DNA of 64,000 nt from an uncultured Acidobacteriota bacterium (GTDB lineage: Bacteria > Acidobacteriota > Thermoanaerobaculia > Thermoanaerobaculales > Sulfomarinibacteraceae): contig CAVPHA010000011.1 in NCBI GenBank assembly GCA_963704125.1, positions 3,801-67,800 of the forward strand, written 5' to 3'. Numbering within the stretch: position 1 is the stretch's first letter; the number at the start of each line of letters is the position of its first letter. Positions 39,818 through 49,488 of the stretch are shown here, piece by piece. The notes below the pieces were generated by a model that saw nothing but the letters and a program-made list of their open reading frames with translations, did not search any database and was not told where the DNA came from. Position numbers and translations under genes: made by a program.

Positions 39818-41932
39818 ATGATTTTGAATTCCCTTCCAGCGGGGGGGCCGGTGGCTGTCTGGCTTGCCCTGATCCTGTGTCCCTTCGTGGCGGCCCAGGA
39901 GGCCGCCGATCCACCCTCAAACACCGAAAAACCCGTCGTCCACGGCAGCATCGACGTGACAGCCGAGGCGATCGCGATATCGACTGTGACCCTGGTGAAC
40001 CGTGAGGATCTCCAGTCCACCACCCCTTTGGGCGACGGCTCCGAGGTCCTCCGCGATGTCGCCGGAGCCGACCTCGGCCGGATGGGCGGTCACGGTCTCG
40101 AGCCCTTCGTCCGTGGGATGAGCCAGGGTGATCTCACCGTGCTTGTCGACGGGGCCACCGTCCACGGCGGCTGTCCCAACCGCATGGACCCGGCGACGTC
40201 CTACGCGGCCACCGAAACCACCGACAGCGTAATGGTGATCCGTGGGGTCCAGACGGTCCGTTACGGCCCGGGGGCGCCCGGCGGCACGGTGATCTACGAC
40301 CGCGTGGTCCCTGATTTCCACGATTCGACGTGGGAAGCCGATCTCTCCACCGGTGGTACCAATTGGTCGGCGAGGCCCGATTTCACCCTTGATGCCGCCG
40401 TCGGCGGCGGAAGCTGGGGTCTCAGGGTTCTCGGGTCGTACCGCGACACCGACGACTACAACGACGGCAATGGCGAGGAGGTACGTTCAGCTGCCGAGAG
40501 CACGACCGGATCCCTCATGGGCGGCTGGCGGCCGGATGAGGCGACCATGCTCGAGCTGAGCTACGAGCATTCCACCACCATCGACGCGCTCTTCGCGGGT
40601 GCCGGTATGGACTCGCCGGAATCCACCTCCGACATCCTCCGATTTCAGACCGAGCGGGATTCGATCGACGGCAGCCTGGGATGGCGCGTGGATCTCTTCG
40701 CCGACCGTGTCGACCATCTCATGGACAACTACTCTCTGCGGCCGCTGACGGCGCCTTCGGCCATGCGGGTCCCGTCGGACACGTCCACCTGGGGTCTCCG
40801 CGGCCAGCTCGAGTTTGGCCGCGCCCACCCGATGCTCGTCGGTGTGACCGTGGTCTCGGCCAACCTCGATGCCACCCGGTATTCGGGACCGAACCCGGAC
40901 ATGGTCAACATCAAGCAGTCCATCATGTGGGCCGATATCACCAACGATCAGGCCGGCGCCTTTGTCGAAGGCTCCGTCGGGATCGGCAACAGGACGCGGC
41001 TCGTCTACGGCGCCAGGGTGGACTATTTCACCGCCGAGGCGGCCCGCGCCGGCGAGACGACGCTCGGCGGAAACGGCCCCGCGCCGCGGCAGCTGTGGAT
41101 CAGCTACACCGGCGACGGTGACGACTCGTGGTCGAGCACCGATTTCGGTGGGCTTGTCCGGATCGAACACCGCCTCGGAGCATGGCAGCTCTTCGGGGGT
41201 CTGAGTCGCACCGTGAGGGTTGCCGACGCCACCGAAAGGTTTATCGGCGTCAATAGCCCGATGGCCGCCGTGCGATGGGTCGGCAACCCCTCACTGGCGC
41301 CGGCTCGAAACCACCAACTCGATCTCGGCGCCAGCTGGCAGGCTCGATCGTCGACGGTCAACCTCAGCGTCTTCGCCGCCGACATCGACGACTTCATCCT
41401 CCGTGATCGCGCCCACGGCCAGCCCGGGATTCTGCAAGACGACAACGCCACCATCTATCGGAACGTGGCCGCGCAACGCTTTGGTTTCGAGAGCGATGCG
41501 ATGGTCCGGATTTCGGACCCGTTGATGTTCACCGGCGCTCTCGCCTGGGTCTGGGCCGAGAACACCACCGACAGCCGGGCGATCGCCCAGACCCCGCCGC
41601 TGCACGGCAACATCAGCCTTGCCTGGAGCCGGTCACGGTGGTCGGCTGCAGGCCTCATTCGTTTCGCCACAAAACAAACCCGGGTCGATGACGACCCGCT
41701 CACCGGCAGCGGTCAGGATGTCGGTCCGACCCCCGGTTGGGCGGTTTTCGACCTCGAAGGTACCGTCGAGCTCGGGGCCGGGTTCGGGATTCGGGTCGGG
41801 GTCGCCAACGTCTTCGACCGGGCCTATGCCAACCACCTCAACCGAGCCAACCTCTTTGAACCGGTGGAGGTCCAGGTCAACGAGCCGGGCCGGACCTACT
41901 GGCTTCGCGTGAGATGGAACGGCAGCGGCTGA
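39818..41932 (+). CDS. TonB-dependent outer-membrane receptor, OprC/NosA-like copper receptor
   Basis: Signal peptide, plug domain and 22-strand-type barrel length. HGGCPNRMD supplies the CxxxM motif (Cys 40172-40174, Met 40184-40186). DHLMD supplies HxM (His 40715-40717, Met 40721-40723), 181 residues downstream. Confidence 0.8.
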   Translation: MILNSLPAGGPVAVWLALILCPFVAAQEAADPPSNTEKPVVHGSIDVTAEAIAISTVTLVNREDLQSTTPLGDGSEVLRDVAGADLGRMGGHGLEPFVRGMSQGDLTVLVDGATVHGGCPNRMDPATSYAATETTDSVMVIRGVQTVRYGPGAPGGTVIYDRVVPDFHDSTWEADLSTGGTNWSARPDFTLDAAVGGGSWGLRVLGSYRDTDDYNDGNGEEVRSAAESTTGSLMGGWRPDEATMLELSYEHSTTIDALFAGAGMDSPESTSDILRFQTERDSIDGSLGWRVDLFADRVDHLMDNYSLRPLTAPSAMRVPSDTSTWGLRGQLEFGRAHPMLVGVTVVSANLDATRYSGPNPDMVNIKQSIMWADITNDQAGAFVEGSVGIGNRTRLVYGARVDYFTAEAARAGETTLGGNGPAPRQLWISYTGDGDDSWSSTDFGGLVRIEHRLGAWQLFGGLSRTVRVADATERFIGVNSPMAAVRWVGNPSLAPARNHQLDLGASWQARSSTVNLSVFAADIDDFILRDRAHGQPGILQDDNATIYRNVAAQRFGFESDAMVRISDPLMFTGALAWVWAENTTDSRAIAQTPPLHGNISLAWSRSRWSAAGLIRFATKQTRVDDDPLTGSGQDVGPTPGWAVFDLEGTVELGAGFGIRVGVANVFDRAYANHLNRANLFEPVEVQVNEPGRTYWLRVRWNGSG

Positions 41933-41946
41933 CCGCGGATGATACA

Positions 41947-42123
41947 TGAGCCTCCTGCAAGACCCCGATTCTCGGGGAATCGTGGTCTGTAGCATTTACG
42001 CCGGCGAGGGCGCCGGCGCTACAAAGGCCGGGTTGCATTGTGGGGCCGGCGCCCCCGCCGGCCTGGTGTTGTGGATGATCGGTAGACCATTGAGGTCGAT
42101 TCCCGAATCTTGCAGGAGGCTCA
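41947..42123. repeat. 16-bp perfect terminal inverted repeat TGAGCCTCCTGCAAGA / TCTTGCAGGAGGCTCA enclosing 145 bp
   Basis: Read directly (41947-41962 and 42108-42123). It is intergenic between the receptor stop and the pirin stop. The interior has GC-rich palindromic segments. Confidence 0.6.
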
Positions 42124-42137
42124 CAGAGTGGCGACGA

Positions 42138-42167
42138 AACGGCCGGGGTGGATTCGCCCCGGCCGTT
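42138..42167. terminator. hairpin AACGGCCGGGG-N8-CCCCGGCCGTT between convergent genes
   Basis: Perfect 11-bp stem, 20 nt downstream of the pirin stop (minus strand) and about 200 nt after the receptor stop. Confidence 0.55.
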
Positions 42168-42186
42168 TGCTTCCCTTGATCACCGT

Positions 42187-43092
42187 TTACCGGTGTTTAA
42201 GAAATGTGCCGTCGCGGTATTCGGCGAAGGCCTGGCGGAGCTCGGCGTCGGTGTTCATCACGATGGGTCCGGCCCACGCCACCGGTTCACCGAGGGGTTT
42301 GCCCGAGACCAGCAGGAAGCGGATACCCTCCTCGCCGGAATCGACCACCACCTCGTCGCCGCGGTCGAAGATCACGAGCGATCGGTCTTCGATCGCGGAG
42401 AGCGTGGTGGCCTCGCCTATTCCGACCGTCTCGGTGGCGACCGGACGATTTTCGGACGCGTTGCCGAACACGCCCGAACCGGCGAAGACATAGGCGAAGG
42501 CGTGCCGCGTGGTCTCCACGGGAAGCCGCTTCCGCGTCAGCGGCGGCACCCAAACATCGAGGTACTGGGGCTCGGCTGCGACTCCGTCCACCGGACCGGT
42601 GGCACCCCAGAAGCTGCCGCAGATGACCCGCACCCGGGTCTCGTCGTCGTCGACGACCTCGGGGATGTCGGCCGAGGTTACATCCTGGTAACGGGGTTGG
42701 GTCATCTTGAGCGACGCCGGCAGATTGGCCCAGAGCTGGAAGCCGTGCATCCGGCCCCGGTCATCGCCGTGCGGCATCTCCTGGTGGATGATCCCCGAGC
42801 CCGCCGTCATCCACTGGACATCGCCGGCGCCGAGGCTGCCCATATTTCCGAGACTGTCGCCGTGCTCGACGTTGCCGGCGAGCACATAGGTGATGGTCTC
42901 GATCCCGCGGTGGGGGTGCCACGGAAATCCCGCCAGGTAGTCGTCCGGCCGGTCGTTGCGGAAATCGTCGAAGAGCAGGAACGGATCGGTCTCGCCGGTG
43001 TCGCCGAAACCGAAGGCCCGGCGGAGGTGGACCCCCGCGCCCTCGATGGTGGGTTGGGAAATGGATTGCTTTTTGACGGGTCGAATGGACAT
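42187..43092 (-). CDS. pirin-family bicupin protein
   Basis: MSIRPVKKQSISQPTIEGAGVHLRRAFG…FPWHPHRGIETITYVLAGNVEHGDSLGN…GDVQWMTAGSGIIHQEMP are hallmark pirin motifs. Confidence 0.9.
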   Translation of the reverse strand: MSIRPVKKQSISQPTIEGAGVHLRRAFGFGDTGETDPFLLFDDFRNDRPDDYLAGFPWHPHRGIETITYVLAGNVEHGDSLGNMGSLGAGDVQWMTAGSGIIHQEMPHGDDRGRMHGFQLWANLPASLKMTQPRYQDVTSADIPEVVDDDETRVRVICGSFWGATGPVDGVAAEPQYLDVWVPPLTRKRLPVETTRHAFAYVFAGSGVFGNASENRPVATETVGIGEATTLSAIEDRSLVIFDRGDEVVVDSGEEGIRFLLVSGKPLGEPVAWAGPIVMNTDAELRQAFAEYRDGTFLKHR

Positions 43093-43202
43093 GTGGCCCC
43101 CAACTTGTCGTGTGACAACGATGTCGCCAGGGACAACAGGGACCGCAAACCGGGGCATTCCAGACCGGCATCAGAATGTTGGTGTTGGCGCGCTAGGATC
43201 TG

Positions 43203-44262
43203 TCAGATCGGCGAACCCGATCGAATGAGCCGCCGGCACCGAAGATCGAGATACCAGACCAGGAACCAGAAGTTCTTGAAGGCTGCGTTCCTCGTTTGCC
43301 TCAGGAAGTACCGACGATAGATCTGTTGCACGATCACCGCGAGCCGAAAGACGCCGTAGACCTCGTAGAAGACCCAGTTGTCGGGGCGGGACCGGCCCGA
43401 GCGCTCGAAGTAGGCGGCGACGATTTCGCGTCGGGTCAACATTCCCGGCAGGTGGGTCGGTTGCCGCCGCGTTGACCGGGCCACCCGGTCGTCATCGGAC
43501 TGGACCCAGTAGGCGAGGCTGTTGCCGAGATCCATCAAAGGGTCCCCGAGGGTGGCCATTTCCCAATCGAGGACGGCGCGGATCGAGGCGGGATCGTCCG
43601 GGTCGAGGACCAGATTGTCGAGCCGGAAGTCGCCGTGGATGACGCAGGTGTCGACATCTTCGGGGGTGTTTTCGTTGAGCCAACGGCGCACCCTCCGGCA
43701 GCTCGGGACATTCCACGTCCGGGCCCTGAGATAGCGGTCGTACCAACCGTTGATCTGGCGTTTGGCATAACCTGCGCCTTTGCCGATGGTCTCCAGATCG
43801 GTTCCGGTGGGGTCGACGGCGTGAAGCGCCACGAGCGCGTCCACCGCGTTGAGGCAGAGGCGGCGGGCCGTCGGCGGGTCGAGCCGAACACCTTCCGGCG
43901 GGCGGCGGTGGAGAACGATCCCGGGCACCCGGCGCATGAGGTAGAACTCGGCGCCGAGGACTTCGGGATCGCTGCAATAGGCGAGTACCTCCGGCACGAG
44001 GGGATACACCGACCGGAGCGCACTCTGAATGGAGAACTCCCGGCCCATGTCGTGCGCCGACTTCGCCTTGGTCCCGGCCGGGGGTCGGCGCAGCACCAGA
44101 TCGTGGTCCGGATAGGCGAGTCCGATAGGTCCAGTTCGATGCCCCGCCGGAGAACTGCGTCACTCGCGGGGTGCCGGTGATCTCCGGCAAGTTGCTCCGC
44201 AGCCAGCGTCCCAGCGCATCGAGGTCGAGTTCTTCACCGGGGCGAACGCGTTCCCTCGTCAC
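43203..44262 (-). pseudogene. APH-like phosphotransferase (aminoglycoside/choline-kinase fold), one frameshift near 44110
   Basis: The N-terminal part (…VTQFSGGASNWTYR) is in one frame and the body in another. Catalytic loop HGDFRLDNLV and DWEMATLGDPLMDL. Confidence 0.8.
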
Positions 44263-44283
44263 CCGCGATCGGTGCCTTCGAAC

Positions 44284-45493
44284 TCACGACCGGGGTTCGA
44301 GCCCGTAGGACCTGAGGATCCGACGCGCCACCACCTGCTTGTGGACCTCGTCGGCGCCGTCGTAGATCCGCGCTGCGCGTTCGTGCGCCCACCACAGGGC
44401 GATAGGCGTGTCGTCGGTCATCCCGAGCCCGCCGAGGGTCTGGACGGCCCGGTCGAGGATCCGCTGCAGCGTGCCCGCTACTGAGAACTTGATCAGCGAG
44501 ATCTCCTCGCGCGCGGCGTGGGCGCCCTCGTTTTCGATCCGCCAGGCGGCGTGCAGCACCATGAGACGCGCGGCCTGGATCTCGGCCCGGCTCTCGGCGA
44601 TCCACTCCTGCACCGTCTGTTTTGTTCCGAGCGGTTTGCCCGGCGCGAGCTCGCGCTCCACCGCGTGCCGGCACATGATGTCGAAGGCGCGTTCCGAGAC
44701 CCCGATCCAACGCATGCAGTGGTGGATCCGGCCGGGCCCGAGGCGGCTCTGGGCCAGCGCGAAGCCCGTGCCCTCGCCGCCGAGCAGGTTCCCGAGCGGG
44801 GACCCGGGCTCCGTGGTACGCGACTTCGCCGTGGCTCGCCCAGTCACCGCCGCGGTGGCCCATGATCGAGAGGTTGCCGATGAGTTCGTAGCCCTCGGTG
44901 TCGGTGGGAACGATGAGCATGCTCGCCCGCCGGTAGCGGTCGTCGTGATCGGGGTAGGTGATCGCCATGCAGATGGCGAAGGCGGCGCCGTCGGCGCCGG
45001 TGGCGAACCACTTGTGGCCGCGGATGACGTAGTCGTCACCGTCCCTGGTGGCGGTGGTCCCCATCCACACCGGGTTCGAGCCGGCGAACTCGGGTTCGGT
45101 CATGGTGAAGCAGCTGCGGATCTCACCGCGGACGAGGGGCGCCAGGTAGCGTTCCTGCTGCTCGGCGGTGCCGAACTCCATGAGCAGCTCCATGTTGCCC
45201 ACATCCGGCGCCTGGCAGTTGAAGACATAGTGGCCGAGTGGGCTCCGCCCGAGCTCCTCGGACATGTGGGCGAACTCGGTCAGGGACAGCCCGGCGCCGC
45301 CGAATTCTTCGGGCACGTGGGCGGTCCAGAGACCGGTTTCGCGGGCCCGCGCCCGGCAGGTCTCGAGCTCCGGCAAGATCGCGACGAAGCCCTGTCGCAG
45401 AAAAGCCTGCTCGAGGGGGTGGACCTCCTTGGCAAGGAAATCGCAGACGAGTTCGGTGATCGACTGGACCCGAGGCGAGGTGGAAAAGTCCAT
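44284..45493 (-). pseudogene. acyl-CoA dehydrogenase, one frameshift near 44810
   Basis: N-terminal and middle domain: MDFSTSPRVQSITELVCDFLAKEV…FTMTEPEFAGSNP…. The C-terminal helical domain is in a second frame: …GGEGTGFALAQSRLGPGRIHHCMRWIG…RIYDGADEVHKQVVARRIL. Confidence 0.85.
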
Positions 45494-45588
45494 GAGGTCT
45501 CCTCGATGGAATCTAGCACACAGGCGCCCAAAGTCCCATGAGATGTGACGGTGGTGACTGTTTGGCAGTTGATTCACCCAATACGGGA

Positions 45589-45617
45589 TTGACACATCCA
45601 TCCTCGCGCAATACGTT
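45589..45617 (+). promoter_or_regulatory. sigma70-like promoter candidate (TTGACA-17 nt-TACGTT)
   Basis: Read directly. It lies in the intergenic region and faces the LuxR-family gene, about 235 nt upstream of its ATG. Confidence 0.3.
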
Positions 45618-45852
45618 GATCAAAGAGGTATCCCAATCCAAACGGCGCCGCGATGAAAACGCGGACGTCCGAACCGGCAAGGGGCCAAGCATCTCGTTAG
45701 AAGTGGGCGAGCTTCAAGGAGGGCCGGATGCTTGAGTGCGGCTATTTGTCGAAAAGTCTATGTTCCTCAAGGGGACCTGCGCCGATCGTGCGTTCGGTCC
45801 CAACGATAAGAAGAAGCCGTCGAATGTGCGGGCCGGTGAGAAGGGTACGGGG

Positions 45853-47160
45853 ATGACCCATCATCTCCGACCGGACGGCGTCGTCGAACGAATCTACGAC
45901 GCGGTTTCCAAGGTCGATATGTGGGCCGATGCGCTCAACGCGGCTGCGGAGTTCTGCGGGGCCGACGCCATGTTGTTGGTATACGGCAACCTGTCAGGAG
46001 GAGACCCCGTGGTCGTCGGGGCATCGGGATTCAAGACCGAGGTCTTGGACAGGTACGCAATGAACCACCTCAAGGACGACGAGCTGGTTAGGGAGTCCAT
46101 GTTGGGGCCGGTTGGAATCGTGATCTCGAGCGAGCACCGACGAAGAGGGTGGGATTTTCTCGACACGTCCATGTATCGCCGGCTGCTGTGGCCCTGCGGG
46201 CTCCGCTATTTGGCCGGAACGGCGGTCATCAACACGCCAAAGGTTTACGCTTCCCTGTGGATGAGTTGTTCGGAGGGAGCAGGGGATTGTTCCCCGGGCA
46301 GTCTCCAGAGGTTTTCCGAGCTCGTGCCCCACTTCGGCAGGGCGATGGCCATCCACCACCGGTTGCGTCTGGCGGAAATGCAGGCGGAGTTGGCGACCGG
46401 CGCCTTCGATCGCGTCTCGGTGGGCGTCGTGCTCCTCGGGGTGGATGGCGATCCCATTTTGGCGAATCGCGAGGCTGTGCGGATCGCCTTGCGGCGAGAC
46501 GGGCTCGTCTTTTGCGATCGGAGCCTCGCAGCCGAGCACCCAGGGGATTCGAAACGCCTGCGAAAGTTGATTCGGCAGGTTGGTCAATCAGCGTCACTGA
46601 CCGAGGATTCCACACACACGTGCGGTGGCGCGATGCGGATCACGCGATCATCGGGGCAATCCGACTACCACGTTGTGGTGATGCCTCTTCCCATGCGTTG
46701 TCAGCCCGGTGACGGCAGCGGGGCGGTGTCGGTGCTCTTTATCACCGACCCGGACAAGGCGAATGATGCGGTGAACTTTCTGTTCGGCGATCTCTATGGC
46801 CTCACCGATGCCGAGTCTCGTCTGGTGTGCGAGCTCCTCGAGGGTCGTGGCCTGACTGCTGCCGCCGAGCAGCTCGGTCTGTCGCGCAACACCGTTCACT
46901 CGCAGTTGTCGTCGGTCTTCCAGAAGACCGGCACTCGCCGTCAGGGCGAACTTCTTCGACTCCTCCTCGGAGGTGTCGCCCCGATCGAAGCTACCGGATG
47001 TCACGTCGGGATTCCACAAACCCATGCCGGGGCCCGGGGATCTGACTCACTAGGCTCACCCGTTTGGGTGATGCGCATCGGATTCGACGCTCCGAAGTTC
47101 AACCATAAGAGCAACATCATTGCTGGCCGACGGCCGATTGACATGGTGGTGGTCGGATGA
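45853..47160 (+). CDS. LuxR-family transcriptional regulator with a long non-receiver N-terminal domain
   Basis: C-terminal HTH: LTDAESRLVCELLEGRGLTAAAEQLGLSRNTVHSQLSSVFQKTGTRRQGELLRLLL. About 60 extra residues follow the HTH, which is unusual, so the native stop may be lost. The ORF is open from 45736; ATG 45853 has a GAAGGG RBS. Confidence 0.75.
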   Translation: MTHHLRPDGVVERIYDAVSKVDMWADALNAAAEFCGADAMLLVYGNLSGGDPVVVGASGFKTEVLDRYAMNHLKDDELVRESMLGPVGIVISSEHRRRGWDFLDTSMYRRLLWPCGLRYLAGTAVINTPKVYASLWMSCSEGAGDCSPGSLQRFSELVPHFGRAMAIHHRLRLAEMQAELATGAFDRVSVGVVLLGVDGDPILANREAVRIALRRDGLVFCDRSLAAEHPGDSKRLRKLIRQVGQSASLTEDSTHTCGGAMRITRSSGQSDYHVVVMPLPMRCQPGDGSGAVSVLFITDPDKANDAVNFLFGDLYGLTDAESRLVCELLEGRGLTAAAEQLGLSRNTVHSQLSSVFQKTGTRRQGELLRLLLGGVAPIEATGCHVGIPQTHAGARGSDSLGSPVWVMRIGFDAPKFNHKSNIIAGRRPIDMVVVG

Positions 47161-47172
47161 GAGGAGCGCGGC

Positions 47173-47420
47173 ATGACACCGACAATCGATGTCCGCACCC
47201 ACATCTAGGGAATGGTGAACCCCGACGGTCAGCTTGAAAAGAACCGGCCTTTGGCACTGGTGAAGGAAGCCATCGAAAACAAGGGGTTCATCGGCGTCAA
47301 GCTCTACAACTCCCTCGGATACCGACCGCTCGGCAACGCCGACACCGAACTCGCCCTGAAGCGGCGTCACATCGCTGTCCGCAACCAGAAGCTGCCCTAT
47401 CTCTTCGAGACGGGAGTGGT
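47173..47420 (+). pseudogene. amidohydrolase-like gene relic (in-frame TAG and internal deletion)
   Basis: MTPTIDVRTHI (metal-binding D.H.H-type start) is followed by TAG (47206-47208) and then, in the same frame, VNPDGQLEKNRPLALVKEAIENKGFIGVKLYNSLGYRP. Too little sequence separates the two blocks for an intact amidohydrolase. Confidence 0.4.
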
Positions 47421-47459
47421 TCGACCTCGACAACGGAGACCCGAACAAGGAAAGAGAAC

Positions 47460-47768
47460 ATGGAAGCCAAAGCTCTTTCACACTTTCATGGCCCCGGGAA
47501 CGATCGAAAGGAGCTCGCCTACAAGGTCGGGCTCTACACCGCCGCGGCGCCGACCTATTTCCCCGCGGTTGACGGCTACGTCGATGGGGGAGTCTACGCC
47601 AACAACCCGTCCATGTGCGCGCTCGCGCAGACCCAGGACCAGCGCTAAATACCTCACGCCCCGCCGAAGATCTCCGAAATCGTGCTGCTTTCCCTCGGCA
47701 CCGAACCAGCCTCTTCCACATTGAAAAAGACAGCCGATTGGATGAACACGTTTTGGATGACCGACTGA
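47460..47768 (+). pseudogene. patatin-like phospholipase gene relic (C-terminal part only, frameshifted)
   Basis: YTAAAPTYFPAVDGYVDGGVYANNPSMCALAQ (catalytic Asp DGG block), then in another frame ISEIVLLSLGTEP…TADWMNTFW. The N-terminal GxSxG half is absent. Confidence 0.55.
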
Positions 47769-47844
47769 TCGGCGGCGATCTGAAGCAGCGCAGTCTTACG
47801 GAGTAGGTGAGACTCCACGACGGTGCTGAAGGCGCTCATTCCCT

Positions 47845-48171
47845 CTAATTACCGACTGGGTTCCTCCAGTCGTTCGAGCCGCAATCGGGCCACCTCATCA
47901 TTCCAGGAGCGCAATCGGGTCCTGGCCCGCCACTTCCCGCTGCCGTGGACGTCCGATGCGCTGAAACGCACCTGCGCGGTACGCCGCCCCCCGGCGTAGA
48001 TCTCGGGAATGCGAGCGCGAGATCCGTCAGTACCCCACAGACCAGCCCGCTGCAGTCGCGGCCGAGCTCCTTGCGACCGGAGACTCCGTCGCCTCCCCAC
48101 CAATAGAGCGAACTTCCGACTTCACGTTGGGCGAGAAGACACATGGCGACTCGTGCGTTTTCGGTGTTCAT
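47845..48171 (-). CDS. NlpC/P60-like (C40) protein, short and possibly truncated
   Basis: SSLYWWGGDGVSGRKELGRDCSGLVCGVL (catalytic Cys context). No signal peptide, and the downstream His/polar half is not recognisable. Its start overlaps the stop of the upstream gene (ATGA at 48168-48171). Confidence 0.5.
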   Translation of the reverse strand: MNTENARVAMCLLAQREVGSSLYWWGGDGVSGRKELGRDCSGLVCGVLTDLALAFPRSTPGGGVPRRCVSAHRTSTAAGSGGPGPDCAPGMMRWPDCGSNDWRNPVGN

Positions 48172-49460
48172 TGGAATCCCCTCTCAGTTTGTTCCCAGTC
48201 TTGGCCTCCGGTGGAAGAACGTTCGTTGGATCGAAGAGAGTCTGTAGGAGGGACCATCATCCAGAAGAGGCAGTGAGAGAGACCCACACTCCTAGAGAGC
48301 CACTGAAATAGAGGATTTTCCGCGGGAATCGGTGATTTGACCTCGAAGGGCTTTCCCGCATCCTTGTGCTGGTCGAGAAGTAGCTGGAGATCCTCTTTGG
48401 GTAACCATGACCCACTGGCCGCCGCCGGGTAGGTCATGTGGATCGTGAACGGGTCGTTGCCGCGGGCGGTGAAGATCATCTCGAAGGTCGCCACCTCGGG
48501 GTTGCCGTGCTTGCCGTCACCGGAGATGACGTAGTGATCGGCGGTGATGATGCGGAAAAAGTCGGTGTCGACGTTGCGGTCGCTCCCGTGGTGGGGCATC
48601 TTCAGCAGATTGACGTGGAGCTTGCCGTCGACCAGGAGTCCGGCATCCCGGACCGCGGCGAGGATGTGGTCGCCGCGGGCGTCGCCGGTCAGCAGCATCG
48701 TCTTCCCCTCGGCCGAAGCCAGAATCACGAGACTTGCGAGGTTGTAGGCCGACCTGTCGAGCATCTCGGCCACGCCGGCTTCGCCCGCCGCGACCACCGC
48801 CAGACCCAGACGCTCGAGCTCGTTGTCCCATTTCTTCTGCAGGGCGTCGATTTGATCCTGGCGGGGACCGAGGATTCGGAACTCGAGGCCGTCGCCGAGA
48901 TCGACGGTGTCGGTGTCATCGCCGTTGGCGGCGATCAGACCGCCACCGGGCATGTTGACCGGCAGACCGAGCTTCTCGGCGTCCTTGCGGAGCTGTCGCC
49001 CCTGACGGACGCTCGCGACCACTGCCGCCGCCTCACCGCTCAGCCCGCCGACGCTCGGTGTGATCTCCTCCAGCGAGGCGGCGCCCACCTCGGCCATCCC
49101 GGATGAAAAGAACTCGGCGCTGTGGGCGCCGACCACATCGTCAAAGGCGTTGTGCCACAGGGTCTCGAACTCGTAGCGGAGAGGCTCGTGATCCTCGTGC
49201 GCCTCCACCAACTCCTTGGTCATGTCAAGAGCGCCGTTGATGTGATCGTCATCGATGTGGCTCACCATCAGCATCCGGATCGGCAGCGTCTCACCCGGTG
49301 TCAGATCATCACGGATGGCCTCGAGACGAGGCTTCAGGGTGGGGATCCAGACCTTGTTGGGCCCTCCGTCGATGACCACGAGCTTCGGGTCGGCCGGATC
49401 GCCATAGTGGAGCAGGAGGAAGTCGCCGTGCTTGGCCTGGAGCGCTTCCAATGTAAACAT
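48168..49460 (-). CDS. cytoplasmic MBL-fold (ComEC-like metallo-beta-lactamase superfamily) protein, 430 aa
   Basis: MFTLEALQAKHGDFLLLHYGDPADPKLVVIDGGP, MLMVSHIDDDHINGA, MLLTGDARGDHI and LLKMPHHGSDRN are MBL/ComEC-type metal motifs. No signal peptide. Confidence 0.75.
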   Translation of the reverse strand: MFTLEALQAKHGDFLLLHYGDPADPKLVVIDGGPNKVWIPTLKPRLEAIRDDLTPGETLPIRMLMVSHIDDDHINGALDMTKELVEAHEDHEPLRYEFETLWHNAFDDVVGAHSAEFFSSGMAEVGAASLEEITPSVGGLSGEAAAVVASVRQGRQLRKDAEKLGLPVNMPGGGLIAANGDDTDTVDLGDGLEFRILGPRQDQIDALQKKWDNELERLGLAVVAAGEAGVAEMLDRSAYNLASLVILASAEGKTMLLTGDARGDHILAAVRDAGLLVDGKLHVNLLKMPHHGSDRNVDTDFFRIITADHYVISGDGKHGNPEVATFEMIFTARGNDPFTIHMTYPAAASGSWLPKEDLQLLLDQHKDAGKPFEVKSPIPAENPLFQWLSRSVGLSHCLFWMMVPPTDSLRSNERSSTGGQDWEQTERGFQ

Positions 49461-49488
49461 GGTTTTTCCTTTCGCAGGTGGTCATCGG

